Assembly (NCBI GenBank): GCA_001938485.1
Contig: MQRK01249724.1
Location: forward strand, 1 to 64,000
Length of the DNA: 64,000 bases
Direction: 5' to 3'
DNA from: Girardia tigrina
Lineage: Eukaryota
The position numbers were made by a program, and so were the translations under genes. Under the pieces are notes generated by a model. That model was not told where the DNA came from. It saw nothing but the letters and a program-made list of their open reading frames with translations, and did not search any database. This document shows positions 1 through 14,189 of this stretch, piece after piece. The stretch's first letter is position 1; the number at the start of each line of letters is the position of its first letter.

Positions 1-507
1 TTCCTCACGATAAAAAGTATCTTATAGATTCATTCATGCATGCAACAAGTAAACCACATGGATACCTTTTCATAGACTTTACACAAGAATGTCCAGATAA
101 TCAACGACTTAAAACTTATGTATTTCATTCCAAATACATCACCATGTATAAACAAAAGTTATGATTACATGACTTGTTCATGAATTTTACTAAAGTACGT
201 GTTAAAATCAAACAAAAGAAGTCTGCTGTAAAGAACAAGTCAGCTGTAAAGAAGAACAAGCATCAAACAAAGAACAAGCCAAGCCAGCGAAAGTTCATAT
301 ATGAAACTATAGCCAGAGTAGTGGCTGCAAGAAAAGCCTTTAAGAAAATACCGCAGACATAAACGACAACAAGTATGTGATTATTTAAAGGTCATGATGC
401 ATATTGCTAGAAGTATTCCATATTTTGAAGCATTATTGAAAAGTGGATCGCGCAGATGGGATCTATTAGACAAGTTTCCATCATTTGTAAAGAGCGATTT
501 CATCGCT

Positions 508-1895
508 TAGAGCGTATTGAGGGAGAACTCTCATTTTCACACTACTCCTATTCTCGAGAATTCTCGAGAAATACTAAATTTTACAAAAGTTTCTTTTATT
601 TCATTATGTTTTTTGTCCAAATTTTTGACTGTCTTTTGGAAAAATGGTTATATCATTATATAAGAACTGATAATCTTGTTCCCGTAAATAGTTGGGATTT
701 TGGAGGAACTTAATTAATGACACCATCAACTTATTTCTTCTCTTAGATATCTGAATCTTTAGTTCATTCAAAAGTTTTTGCTTAATAATGAATTTTCGGC
801 TTCAAGTGTATAAATAAAAAATACAATATCCCTTCGGCTGTAAACAGATTAGTATCTTTGCGGCTCAAAGCTTCAACAGCAAATTTTGCAGGGGTCAATG
901 TGTTAAGATTAAGCTTGACTATATGTGTGTTCTCAGGTCCCCAGAGGCTGCTTATATTTAATTCAATCAATACTTTTTTTATGGGATCAATTACCCTCAA
1001 GAACCGCTCCACCATAATCTCTGCAAACCGCTCCATCGCATGCGACAATCTAAAAGTAATGAAAATCCTTTTTTTTGTACATCTATTATATATTTTTGCA
1101 AAATTGAATTTTTTATCGGTGAACTTTTAAAAAATTTTACAATTTACCGAATTTTTTTTATTGTATCATAAACACACGTCATTAATTAGAGAATACTCTT
1201 CAACTTCATAATCCTCTTCGGCACTTAAATCTTCTATATTGTTGTTATTTTCGTGATCAATCTCTTCCGTTTCATCGTCAGAATCACTTAAGGGTACCTG
1301 ATCTATTTCTCTCGATTTTTGTATTGCGTAAACAAACCAATTGTATTGCGTGATTATAACATAGCTGTGTGTCGGCCGGTAACAAACTCCAAAATTTTTG
1401 CATTACACTAGCTCCATCGCTTGTTATCATCATAATATCTTTTCAATATTCTACCCAAAATCCTTAAGTTTATCTTCAACCATTTGCAGTAATATTTCTG
1501 ATGTGCAATTGTGTGTTTTGCAATTTTATTTTCTTTATTTTATTGCTAGTATCGGCTTTAATTTCCTCATAAAATTCGCTAATTAGCTTCATTATATCTC
1601 TCGGTTATTTTGATGTAAATCCCAGTTCTTTTACACTGCTTCGTATAAATTAACTTTTAGATATTTGAGACACGATGAGTACATCTTTCGCGACCAGTTT
1701 AGCAACAATTTCTTTCAAACTTGGGCTCGTGCTACGAAAGAATTTATCAATGGTTGATTTCAATTCTGTATCCACCGCAGTTTTTCCTGGATTGGCTAAG
1801 GATTGGGTTTTTTACGGTCCGAATCATTGAATGTTCCAAATGTCGATGCAAACCCGTTGTTTGAGAGTTTTTGCATGATATTTGTTAAATTGATA
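508..1895 (-). mobile_element. Degenerate hAT DNA transposon (BED finger plus transposase remnants)
   Basis: Minus-strand fragments: QISCKNSQTTGLHRHLEH (BED finger, ~1830-1890), DGASVMQ (~1400-1420), QLCYNHAIQL (CxxH, ~1340-1370) and LTPAKFAVEALSRKDTNLFTAEGIL (ORF 782-1048). A TAGAGCG terminus at 508 is followed by GAGAATTCTCGA subterminal repeats. Confidence 0.75.
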
Positions 1896-2050
1896 TGTCT
1901 GCGATCCTTGCCAGTTCATCCAGGGAGACATTAGTCGTGACTACGGCCGTGAGTAGCTGTAGTTGTGGCGGGAGTGCCGCGGTGAATAGCTGTCTGACGG
2001 TGTCTTCGTCTGTGATATTAATGCCTAGTCTCTGCAGGTTGGTTTGAGGC
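1895..2050 (-). mobile_element. Ty3/gypsy gag-like fragment abutting the hAT BED finger
   Basis: Minus-strand EDTVRQLFTAALPPQLQLLTAVVTTNVSLDELARIAD resembles the gypsy gag LF..LP....SLDELA..AD helix; locally GC-richer. Confidence 0.5.
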
Positions 2051-4269
2051 TTCACTAATCATTTTGTCGAAATTCATTTTGCCAAAAATTATTTTTTTAG
2101 TTTTTTCCATTTTAACGTGTTTTTTAATATCGTTAAAATTGTTATTTTTTTAAAGAATTTTACAAATAAAAATATAAATTTTTACATTTTTTTTCTTAAT
2201 TTTGGATAAAATTTTTGAACTAAACAAGTTTATAAATCAAATAATTCAAAATAATAAAATATTAAAATTACTGTATTCTTTCATAACTTCATGACAGTTA
2301 TACACGTCTTTTTTGTGTTATAAATTTTATTAAAAACAAGAAAAAATAAAACCAAAGCAACAAAAATTTATTTCAAAACATCAACAAAGTAATTACAATG
2401 TCAAATTACTAGTAATATTTTTTTAATACTGCATTTTTGAAGCGGAGGCATCATAATTACTGACGATCACAAGTAGGTTACGGTTATATAATTTATACTT
2501 CATTTTTTCTAACCGGAAATATATTTAAATTTGATCTAACTCGAGTATAATCATCAAAAACAAGTTTCTCCTCAAGCTGTAACTTATTTACTAAAGATAA
2601 TAATAAGGGGTGAAATTTACCATTAATCATTCTTCTAAAAGCATTATGCTACCCCTCGACAGAATTATTTGTAATCCACAAGTTAGATATGGTTCGTTGA
2701 TAACAATTCCAGAAACTGATTGGAAATGTTGGGTTGCGTCTTACGGAATTAATTTCAACAACACCAATATAATTTAATTTGAAATAGATTATCACATTTT
2801 CTAATTCAATTAGAAATATCAACTCGTTTAACTGAGTCCCATAGTTCACCTCTGCACTCCTGGAGTGCGAGCCGATAATCATAGATATTGGTGCTTGTGA
2901 TCGCCGGGCCGATCGCATAGCGATCCCCAAATTAGATAAGATTCGATAGAAGAAAATACGAGAAGCGGTTCGAAAGATTTATTCATAAACAGTGCAGTCA
3001 ATATTGACGCGGGCGGAGAGGTTGATAAAAGACTTTCGAGTTTTCACCATGATGGTTTTTGTTTTTAGTTTTTGTTTTTTTCGTTTATTTAATAATTTAT
3101 TTAAATTAGCATAGTAAAACAAATGTTTTATTTAAATTTTAAAATTAATTGATTTTTGTAATGTGTTTTTTATTAATGTTTTTTGCGTTAAATGAATATT
3201 GTATTTTAATTTAAAATTTAAATTGTTGTGAGTCGTACACAACAGTCCACCAAAGCATCAAATGAATTCAGATGTTTAGCTTTGTAAATAACAAAGTGAG
3301 GCAACACTTGTGATGCATCTGTGTTAGCGCAAACCAACACTGTAAATAGTTTTTCCACATGTCAGAGAAATTAGGTTGGCACCCCGTGATCCACGTTTTA
3401 AGTAGCTATATGAGTCACTTTTGTCTATATTAAGACCATTCTCGTCAAGATTAGAGTTGGCTTGGCGAATTATGGAGAGAATATTCATCAGAATGATTAG
3501 AAATCATTTCAAAGAATATGACCAAAATATGGGAAGTCACATGTTGTGTACCACCACATTCACGTTTGTTTGAAGAGAAATTTATTTTTATTTATTGTCT
3601 CTATAATTGATGTTTATCGCCTTCTCTCTATTTCTATCATTATCTCTTTTACTATCTCTATCTAATTGTCCTTTGTTGCAGTGTAAATACAATTCGCTCA
3701 CAGCTTGAAATGTACTGTTTAAATTTGTGTTTTTTTTGTTAATATCGGAAATGAACTTTTTTTTGATTTGTAAATAGTAATCGATATCGACAATTATACG
3801 TTTTTTTCTGTTTAATTATTTTTAATGAAAATTTAATTTGCATATATATAAATATATTTGAAAATGGTCGAAATTGATATTGAAATTTCTATTTTAATAT
3901 TATTTACGAAATTAAATTAAAATTATTAAAAAACGTTATGAATCAGGCAATTAATTTTTTAGCGACGAGTTTGTTTAACTGAATGTCGATTATTGTTAAA
4001 TTTGTCTGAATATATTTTTGAATCCTTAGACATTTTTTATTTGATTTTGAAATGGACTTGGAGTTTGATATTTTTGTCTGCTATTCGATATGGACAATTT
4101 ATTAACGATAAAATATTTCCAAATGATAGAATTTTCGTCGCAGCGGTCAGCAGCAAGGCCGTTTTCTCGATTCTGTCAAGGCTTGGGAGTCGCGTGAAGA
4201 GTTCGCCGATTTTGTGAGTCGCGAGCCCGCCGTCCTGCTGAGAATACAACATCACAACTTTAGACCGTG

Positions 4270-4636
4270 CAGTTGTCAGATTTGTGACTTTCTCTTTGTC
4301 AACATAGTAGCCCAGTGCTTTTGGAATCCACGAATGAAATCTTTTCCAGAACCGTTTTTTTTCATCCCATGGTGTTCGACGATTGCTTTCGATATAGTAC
4401 TCCAGTACCATGCTTTCTATCCAATGGTCATCCACACTGGGATTTGGTCATTAATCTTTCTTCATCTGTTTTTCTGCCTTTAGGATTAGGATGTTTGTGA
4501 TTGATCTGACAGTCATTCTGGGAATATGAAATTGCTGTGCTGCTGCTGATATAGATAATCCATCATGTACTGCATTACCACATTTGTCATTCTTTGAGTA
4601 AACAGATACTGTTTTAAGCACGTACTTGCACACCAT
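4270..4636 (-). mobile_element. pogo/Tigger-like transposase N-terminal remnant (psq HTH, CENP-B-type HTH)
   Basis: MVCKYVLKT..YSKND..NAVHDGLSISAAAQQFHIPRMTV matches the psq-type HTH start of pogo transposases; frameshifted continuation in ORF 4037-4435. Confidence 0.65.
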
Positions 4637-5789
4637 AATCTCAACAAAAATTTTTATGACAATTTAAAAATTCCGAATTAAATGATAAATAATGCATTTA
4701 ATAAAGAAATGGGATTAATTTCGGAATTAAGTTTAGAATTATTTAAAAAGAGTAAAAATGAGTCAAATTTTAAACTAGAAAATGCATTTACTTTTATTTT
4801 TTGTTTTATCGATGAAAAAAAATTAAATATAAAGTTACCCGAATTTTTAGCTTACTATAAAAGCACTATCATTATGAAAACTGTTAAAAAGCGTGGAAAA
4901 TTTTTGGCGATAATTAAAATTTATAATAATTAAAATCTTTCTTTTTTTACATTTCCTTTTTAATTAGTTTCTCTTTTTTTTAATTTTTGGCGAAATTGCG
5001 TTTTTTTGCAATTTCGATTAGTCAACATGCATCGAAATTATTTCTATATTCGAATATTTTGAAAATCTTCACAATTTAGTAGCGATTTTTTAGTGTTAAA
5101 ATTTTCTTTTTCTCGAAATTGCGGTTTTTTTCGATGTTGCGGGGTGGTGGTAGCTCATGTTTGACACCGTTGGCCTGTGGTCGTGATATTCGTCCGAGCA
5201 TCGTGATCGGATGCTCGTTATTTCGGTCGGGCCGAACGAATTCTGTGACAAGATGGAGGTAAGACCTGTTGTCATTATAGTCGTCGATAATCGAGGTGCA
5301 GACTAACTACTGGCTCCGACGTGTCGTGATCCTTTTTTTGCAAATGCGTTTGATCGGGTATAGCCCAGTCGAGTGCCCACTATCGGGATTGAGAAGTGAC
5401 AAATTCATATTAACATTGCAGAGAAAACGAAGAAGTGATGTCGTATTATTTATTTCCGCCATTCCAAAAAATTCATGCATACCATTTTTTCGTAGTATCT
5501 CGAATTGTGTTTATTACTTCATTAAAACATCATATATTTACATACTCGTAATTAAATATAATTCAATCTTTCTTAATTAATTTTTTTCTTATGTAGCTCT
5601 CCTATTATCGGTTCATTTTTCATTTTGAGCCCGCAAAGTAAGTAAATAACAGATTAAATTAAATAATGACACAATAAAAATTTATTACTTCAGTCGTTGG
5701 TTGCTTTTCAATAAGTGTCTTTATCACACAGGCCGCAACCAAATAGTCGAAAATTTTTTCAGTGAACAACACTGACTGCTCATCTTCCA

Positions 5790-6396
5790 ACTTCTGATCT
5801 CCCATATGAGCTTCTCAATGAAATATTAAAACCGGTATGATTTGGGATTGTTATTTCAAGATTTAAAGATGCATTATCATGAATAAGATAAGTTTAAATA
5901 AGATAGTTTGAGGCAATCTAATTATTAGTTTAGAAATAAAGTCTTGATAAACTACCCTCTTGATTGATCCCTCCCCAATCACTTTTAAATATATTGGTCC
6001 TGTCCTCGAAATGGCCATAGCAAGTGTCTGGTTTCGGCCTCTATTTGTTGGAACTGTCGCATGTAATCTGGTTCCATTTTGGATCTTCCAGTGGTCTTTC
6101 GGGTCCATAGATTGAGCCCCATCATCGTATATACATTATGTCGAAGACCACATTTCATCCAACATTCTGAGGACATATTGTGATCGTAACTCTTTAACCC
6201 GATCACAATTTCGATTCTCCACAACGACCCGCACCTTCTTTACTGAACAAAAATCTGGCAATGGTTGAGGTGGAGCATGAGACTCCAACACTCTTAAAAA
6301 GTTTTTGATTTCCTTTAAAGTGGCCTCTGTGTATTCTTCTATGTAATCTAATATTTTAATTGCCGAAAAATAAAAAAATGAATCATACTTATACAC
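5790..6396 (-). mobile_element. Degenerate IS630/Tc1-like transposase
   Basis: ORFs 6136-6396 and 5863-6108 give YIEEYTEATLKEIKNFL, KKVRVVVENRN..RVKELRSQYV and VPTNRGRNQTLAMAISRTG, then a frameshifted DNAS motif. Confidence 0.7.
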
Positions 6397-6559
6397 GATA
6401 TAAAAAATAACAGACTGATAAAAAAATAAATTGTCACAGACTCATAAACATCCACCACCAACACAACAAAAAAATATTCAACAATCTGACAACCGATAAT
6501 TAAGAGAAGACGATGACTTGAGAGGTATTACAACATATATTTATTATAAATATATTTAT

Positions 6560-6564
<5 letters not shown>

Positions 6565-6604
<40 letters not shown>
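6565..6604. repeat. (TA)n microsatellite; others at ~23473-23493, 24164-24206, 28741-28781, 31044-31081, 44024-44050
   Basis: Direct observation. Confidence 0.95.
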
Positions 6605-6609
<5 letters not shown>

Positions 6610-7059
6610 CTAATTTTAATTTTTTAAGTCTCTAATTAAATTAAGTTAGACTTTTAGTGAGAAATTATAGTAAAAATTAATAGGAATTAATTTACGATAG
6701 TTTGAAATTCATAAGTTTAAAAAAAATCGATTGAGATTTTAATGAGAAATTAAGGGACACTGCATAAGTAGTAGGACACTACACTCACCATCGAAGTATT
6801 ACTCGTACTCTCCATAATACTGAAATACGTTCGAATTGCTTCCACTATTTAATGATATCCTCAGATTCTTCTATTTACAATGTGATTTCCTGAGGTAGTT
6901 TAGCTAATTATGCAGCATTTTCTAAATTTTATCAAAAATATAAGAAATTGGTAATTTATCCTTATCATTTTTTTCATTGAGTGATGGAATTTCATAAACG
7001 ATATCATTAACAATACCCCAACTGTTGTTTTTTTTATAACTTGTACTGATTAAAATACG

Positions 7060-8091
7060 TTTCTACAGAACTGAGAATATCTCTCCACATTTTTCTTTAA
7101 ATTAGAGTATTCAAACAAATAAAATAAAAACACGAATATTATTTTAAACCTGAATTAGCATTATAAATTTCGATTGTCGTCTTATACTACAGTAGTTCAA
7201 ATTTTTGTCATCTGCTCGTATCTTTTAAAGTATTCGTATGCTTTAGACAACTGTTTTTATAGCATGAAAAATATGCCACTTTCCTTCCAGGTTTTTAATA
7301 GTAAGAAAACGATTTCCATAATCGGCTATCAAGAGTTCACCACAAACATCTTCTTTGTTTATTTTAATCATTGCGGACAACAGAGTTTCTCCATTACTCC
7401 ATAAACGAGGAATATATTCATTCACATTTTGTTCAAATATTTTCAGTTCATCTTTAACACATTTGTCAAGATTTTTTGTATCCATTGTTTATTGGTTCCT
7501 TTCGCCAACTTCGACACTTCCGTGGCGTACTCGTCATTGGTGTTGAAATCTGAATATTTGATAATCTGTAACTTACGATAAGCCTCTCGCGGTCGTAAAC
7601 CAAACATAGCGTTCAATACTCGAAAAACTTTATCGATATTTGCTTGTTGCTTAAACCGACATCTCCATGTATATATTAAGGGCTGATCCACTCAACAAAA
7701 ACTAAAACAACATAGACGCATTCTTTGAGTGCTGCATCGACGTCAACAATACCAATTGCTTCTTCCATAACTCCAAGGATTTATCAACATTGAATTTCTC
7801 AAGATAATCGAGAATCAATTTCACATATGACATCCTGGATAGTTTGTTGTAGAGAGAAAAGTGCAACGAAACAAATGGCTAAAATGTATTGATTAACACA
7901 CATTTCTCCAGAACTGAGAATATCTCTTCACGTTTTTCTTTTAATCAGAATATTCAAACAAATTAAATAAAAACACTAATATTATTTAAACCTGAATTAA
8001 CATTATACTTTCGATTGTCGTCTCATACTACAGTAGTTCAAATTCTTTATCATCTGCTCATGTCTTTTAAAGTATTCTTATGCTTTAGACA
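7060..8091 (-). mobile_element. gag-like relic bracketed by ~190 bp diverged direct repeats (7060-7249 and 7903-8091)
   Basis: The two copies align throughout (cagaactgagaatatctct...tatgctttagaca). Between them, the minus strand gives LLSGSALNIY and VFRVLNAMFGLRPREAYRKLQ, which are gag-like. Confidence 0.55.
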
Positions 8092-10849
8092 TCGTTTCCT
8101 TGAGATAAAATATTCACCAAAAGACTATAGGTGTCGTTACATAACGAGCAAAATCGGGTTTTTTATCCTCCCCCATTTGTAACACATAAAAAGTCTTCAA
8201 TCACCACTCCCCCTACCGTAACGCTTAACACGAATTTTTATTCAAATTTTTTTTAAAATTTAGTAAATATAAAATTATTCTTTATATGGATTCTTTCTCA
8301 TGAATTCTTCTTCATCAAACAAATTTTCACTGTTTGATCAACTTCTTCGTTGTTAATCCATTCGCAAGTTTCAATACTCTATTCCTCAACAGTAACCATA
8401 GTTTTTCCAGGTCATGGTCGGGGGGGGGCATAATGCAATCTTATCTTTACTCCCATCGATATCAAGGATACTATAATTATGATTATTTTTCAGTGTCATT
8501 GAACATTGGCTGAGTAATTGATTGATACATTCAGTTGACTTTTGTCCTTTATTTGTTTCAGGTTTATTAATTTCCCTCATTATGTAATAGAAAATTTCGT
8601 TATGTGATAAGAACAATTTCCTTTTCCGGATATGAATAATCTAATTTTTACCAATCTTAAAGAATTTTCAATCCGATTATTCGTGAGCACAACTTTGATA
8701 TCGACCGGAGTCTTATCGGTCGGTTCCGATCCGAAATGAGATCTTTTATTTTCACGAATATTTTTAATTTCTCGATTACAATTTCAATTCCGCCAAACAT
8801 TTTACACATTTACAATCACGTACCCTTATTTTGTAGAAATTTCCCAATCACTGCACATAAACATTAATCAATTTAATAAATACACATAAATTGTTATAAC
8901 AAATATTTTTTTAATTATATAAAATACAAATACAAAATACATTATATAAAATACAAACAAAGTTTCCGTGATGGAAACTATAGATTCACAAATCGTAACG
9001 AATAGAATCCAAGTTTCATTTTTCGTATTATTACTCGACGCTTTTTCACATTTTTCTTCAATTTATACTTGACGAATTTTTATTTTTTTGGGTTTTTTTT
9101 TACTTCATCATTTCTTTTTCAACAATTTTTCTATTCTTAAAGATCTACGTACTGTAAATTTACTGTATCTGTTGTACTATATCTGTCGATGTTATTTAAG
9201 AAGAACTTGAAAAGCAAATAATATGTTGCAGGTTTTACAAATTCTAATGTTTAATTCTACCTTTTGATTTGGACAGTAAGTATAAATTGGAATATTATGC
9301 AGACTTTGAAAAAGTGAAGTAAATAAGTGAAGTATATTTTCTTTTTCATCTGTCGCAGCATCAACAATTGGTTTATATGATAAATGTATTGGTAAATGTA
9401 TAAATTGATTCGAAAAAAATGTAAATGAGACCATCGAATTGCATTACAACAATGATAATCTGTGCATTTATATGGTTATTATTAGTTAGGTCGATTGAAG
9501 TAATCAGAGAAAGAGAGTGAAAATGGTATCATGTCTTTTATTATTATTGCTCATTTGGAAACTTGAACCGACAAGAAGCGAACTTACATGATCGATGGAT
9601 GATGCGAGAGCGTGCGCAGCGTGACTGCAGCACCATAGTGCGAGTGGGAGATTTTCGGGTCAAAGGGAATAATTTAATTTTAATTTACTCGATTTGAAGT
9701 TTATTTCTCCAATTTTATCAAACGACGGCGAATCGGCGTTCTGGTGGGAAAAAACATCAAATTCAAATTTTTGGGATTGAGATTGAAATTCGATTCAATT
9801 TTAACTTTTCCTCGTAATTGTTCTATTGGTATTGTTCAATTGGTATTCGTTTCGAATAAAATCGTTTTTCCGCCACAAAAACACCGAAATCTCGAAAATC
9901 AAAACAAACATTTGTGCCAGAAAAATTTATTTAATTCGATAAAACAAAAAAAATTAACAATTAAAAATTCGATTAGACAAAAAATAAAAAAATACAATAA
10001 TTCTAATTATTTACAATTTTTCTTTCTTTATCCTTTTTACTTTTCTTTTTCAATTTTTTATCTAAATATCTTCAATTAAACTTTTATTTGCAAAATAATC
10101 GATGTAAATATCGTGATTATCCGTATCCGATCATTCTCTATCGTCCTCGATCTATATCGAGCTGCTGCGTTCTCCAGTTCCGTCCAGTTCTTGTTGGTTT
10201 GACAGCGGCATTCGCTGAAATTGGCATGCCGGTGAGCAGATTGGTAATCGAAGTAAAAACTTTAGCGTCGGCGGATGGCACTCGAGGAATGTAGCATAGG
10301 CTGCCATCAAGCACAATTGTGTTCATACATCGTGGTCTGATGGTGCAAATACACCTGGTCAAAGGATTCATGAACAATTGTCCCATGATGGACAAAATCG
10401 AAATCAATTTCGTGTCGAAATATATCAAGATTTTGAATTGAACACACGCATCATATATTTTTATCATTACATATTTTACCATCACATTACCTTTTATATT
10501 TTTTGTTCAGTAACTTTATTTAATTTATTTAAACAATGCTTTAATTTATTTAGTGTCCAACATATTTTTTATTTTTTCTATTGTTTTTCGGTTCATTTTC
10601 CAACTTCTTTCACTTTCTCTTTATACGTCGTAACTTTTGAATTTATTTTGCGTAACTATAATTCTTTTGAAAAAAGATTTTTTTGTTAGGGAAAAATATT
10701 TTTACTGAAACGGTTGATGTGTTATTTAGTCCATTTTTCGAATCACGATAGTTCTTTTAATTGTCTAAATTCTTTTTTTTCTTTTGTTCAATACCTCTCA
10801 AATTTTGAAAAAAAATCTCAAGTGTCGCTGGATTCTTTAACTGTCACTA

Positions 10850-11218
10850 CAGTGCAGGCTAATTTAGTCGAATAATAATGGAATATGAAGAGGAAAGAAA
10901 AAATCCTAGAAAAAATATTTTTCAGTATTTTGTTTACGTAACTTTTACTCTTAACAAGCTTTGTACACGTCGACACATTCTGGTCAGAATAGTAGCACAA
11001 AAGTTTTTAATAATTTGGGAGTTATGTCACATTCTGACATGCTTGCCAGAGTTCTTCTTTAGACACATTTCATTTGCGAATCTGCTTTTTGAGCAATGGC
11101 CAGGCCGTCCCGATGGGGCTTGCATCTTGGATGTTAGTAGACCAGTCAAGCAAATGAATTCCACAATTGTCCAGATGCTGCATGGTCACATGAGACTTGT
11201 GACAAGAACGTTATCTAA
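10850..11218 (-). mobile_element. Tc1-like transposon 3' end (TIR plus C-terminal catalytic remnant)
   Basis: TA|CAGTGCAGGC terminus at 10850. The minus strand reads DN/SCHKSHVTMQHLDNCGIHLLDWSTNIQDASPIGTAWPLLKKQIRK*NVSKEELWQACQNV, a decayed DNAxxH...WPxxSPDLNPIE region. Confidence 0.8.
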
Positions 11219-11877
11219 AAAATGAGCTATTTTTAGAAGAATGATGTAACTTGTTCGTACTACATACTGAAAGTATGAACATAAAATAATTCTTCATTAT
11301 ATATATACATAGGCCTTTCTTCTATTTTACATTATTCCATGAAATCCACCGACACTAGTATATATTAAAATTCCTCGGAATTAATGTGTCTAATTTCTCA
11401 AGTTTTTACAGATTCGAGAATTGAGATTTTGTAAAGATGTTAGAATTTTATTTTATATTGGTAATTTTAGGGTGTGTACTTTAATGGTTTCAATGCTTGT
11501 AAGTTAAAGAATGTCAATATCTTCTAATAATTTTAAAATTTTTTGTGAATACCTTTAAGTGTGTTTGTTTCAAAGAGGCATATTTTTTATAAATAGTTAT
11601 TTTATAACCATAAGTTCTAACAATAAATATATTATATAACAAAGTTTTTATAATAAATGGTTTTTTAACAAACAGTTAAGGATCACAATAGAACAATGTC
11701 TAGAAATACATATTTTTAAAAAAATGTATTTATTTTCAACAATATTTTTTCAAAAAGTAAAATTTTAAGAAAACCAATGCATCTATAGCTTTATCTGACA
11801 GTCGATTTCTCAATTTTGTAAGAAAATTATTTGAAATAGAATAATTTCTTTCACACTGAGTTGAGGAAACAATTCAG

Positions 11878-11950
11878 TAGGGATGCACCGAAGGGCAAAA
11901 TTGGTCTCTGACCGCAGCTGGAGCCGGACCGGAGACCGGAGTCGGAGAGA
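11878..11950. mobile_element. hAT-type terminus with (A/G)CCGGA subterminal repeats
   Basis: TAGGGATGCACCGA terminal motif followed by gccgga/accgga/gtcgga repeats; no partner end found. Confidence 0.45.
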
Positions 11951-12309
11951 GACTTTGAAGCAATATATTGATATTTTCTATAAGTGTTTTTTAAATTATT
12001 CGTTTTTAAGTTCTTTATTTTCAATCAGATTTTTTCATCCTCCCCCAACTGATATCCTATTACAAAGTATTTTTTTATGAATAAATGATTTCATGTTATG
12101 TAGATGCATCTCCAATTATTATTGAAGAAGAAATTATTAGGTTGCCCTAAAAGTTCCCGTTCAAGAATGAAAAAAATACAATTTTTTGTGCAAGAATTTA
12201 TTTCAAATAGATAACAATTAATCTTCAAATTACAAAAAAAGTTTACAATAAAGTTTGTTTTAACTTCACTTAAGCGGTGTGGATAAATTAAATTAAATAA
12301 ATTAAATTA

Positions 12310-13581
12310 GCTTTGTAATCTTGTAGGTAGTAATCTCGAGCCTAACATTTACACTTGCTCCATCACTAACAATTGCAAAAATGTCCGATTTAATACTTAT
12401 ATTGAAAAATACAAACTTTTTTTTTGTAATAAATTCAACCATTTTTTTCTGAAGTAAAGAATTTTTTGAGTATTAGATCAAGATTTATTGATTCATTCGT
12501 GTCAAGGTATATATGTATAGTTAAAAATCGCTTATTGTTATTCCCAGCCAAATTGAAAATTTACCACGATTTTTTATATCTACACTTTACTTTTAAGCTT
12601 GGCGTAAACTTCTTGTTGAAACACTAAAATTTTCTTAAGAATAGTGGCTGGATTTTTGGGTAGTTTATCCACTTGGTAGTGTTTATTTTGATAGTGTTTA
12701 TTGAAATCCCATCAAAACAGACCAATTTCGAAATCTGGAGTTCCGTCTTCATGTGTTTAAAGTCATAATCGAAGTTGTTAATTAACTTCGTCCGAATTGA
12801 TGTTTTCTTTGCAATGATTTCTTTTTTCCTTCAAATTATACATCTTTTCTAGATGCCGAATTTACCCAGATGTTGATGATTTCGGGGTTTTAATTTCTTT
12901 TGAGCAAATTTAACATATACCAATTCCACATGTTTTTGAGAAATATACCCAGACATTAGTATGGGTTGTATTTGGATTTTTATCTTGACTCGTCGAGTTC
13001 ATTTCTTCGTGATTTTAATTTTCACCTGTTGTTGAATTTATAACGTTTATAAAATCATCGATTTTTGTTGTTGTTCATTGATTGGAAGTTTTTTGAATTA
13101 CTTAAAATTCTACAAAAGAAAAATAAACAAAATTTTAAAAGAATTCTAAAACGTACTTTTTAAATTTAAAGATTTTTAGTTAATATGGTTAATATTATTT
13201 TATTCGAATTTCTTTGTAAACAATACTTTAAAAATAGAAATCTATTGCAACAATATTAAAAGTTATTTTTTAAATCCTTAATGTTTTTTTATATAGATTT
13301 TAATTTTAAAAACCAGTGTTAATTATTATTTATTCAGTTTAGAAAATAATTTTTATGATATTCTTCAATTAATTGTAACTTTGAAATTTTGAGAAAATTT
13401 AATAATTTAAATTTTTTTACGATACAAATGATAAATTGAACACAATTGACAATTCCAAATCATTTACAATGTTTTTTAAAACAAATTTAACAGGTTTTGG
13501 TTATTTTCTCGATTTTCGACTTCAAAAAAATCGAGAATTGAGAATTCTCGAAATATTTCTCGGTCAGGAACTTTCGCTCTA
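12310..13581 (-). mobile_element. Second degenerate hAT element (5' part), same type of end as 508-1895
   Basis: BED finger NVWVYFSKTCGIGIC*ICSKEIKTPKSSTSG*IRHLEK (12845-12958), ELQISKLVCFDGISINTI, and AIVSDGASVNV (~12345-12378). CGCTCTA terminus at 13575-13581 with GAGAATT/TTCTCG repeats. Confidence 0.75.
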
Positions 13582-14189
13582 GAAATACTACTCTGAATTC
13601 AACGATCTATTCATAATTTTAACACTTGAGTTCTCTTCTGGGCATCTCCACTCAGTTAATCTCTCATTTCGAACTTTGCCACAATCTATCACAACAAAAT
13701 TATTAATTATAACCGACAGTTCTAACATTTGTTACCTTCTTTTGCACTTTTAATTTCATTCAAATCTGGATATTCAGAACCAAAGATTTCGTTAATTTCT
13801 TTCCTCTCAGAACATCATCATTTTTCTTGTTGTCCAGAATAATTTGTGCTCAACTCCTAACGACCTCGTCCCGTCTTTCTACTCTGAAACCGCGGACTTC
13901 ATTTTTGTCGGTAACATACTCGGAATCCGCCTTACATGATTTATAACTCTTTCTTTTTATGGAAAATAAAATTATATATCTAAATATCTTTATAGAAAAT
14001 ATTAGTTTTTATAAAGAAATTGTTAATTTATAATATAAAGTAAATGAAAATTTTTTTGTAAAAAAATTTATTTCATTAAACTTAAATGCTATTGTTCAAT
14101 AATTGATAGTACATGGTTGAGTGGATGACTAGTTACATGCATTTTAGTTAGCATATATAATTCATATAATTTAGCACGTATAATCTATT

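Noticed and set aside
174-362. Lysine-rich ORF resembling a histone H1 tail
   Set aside because: Short, low complexity, non-ATG start and no globular domain.
508-13581. A single 13 kb composite hAT bounded by TAGAGCG...CGCTCTA
   Set aside because: The 8 bp flanks (tcatcgct vs gaaatact) do not form a TSD, and two separate BED fingers indicate two copies.
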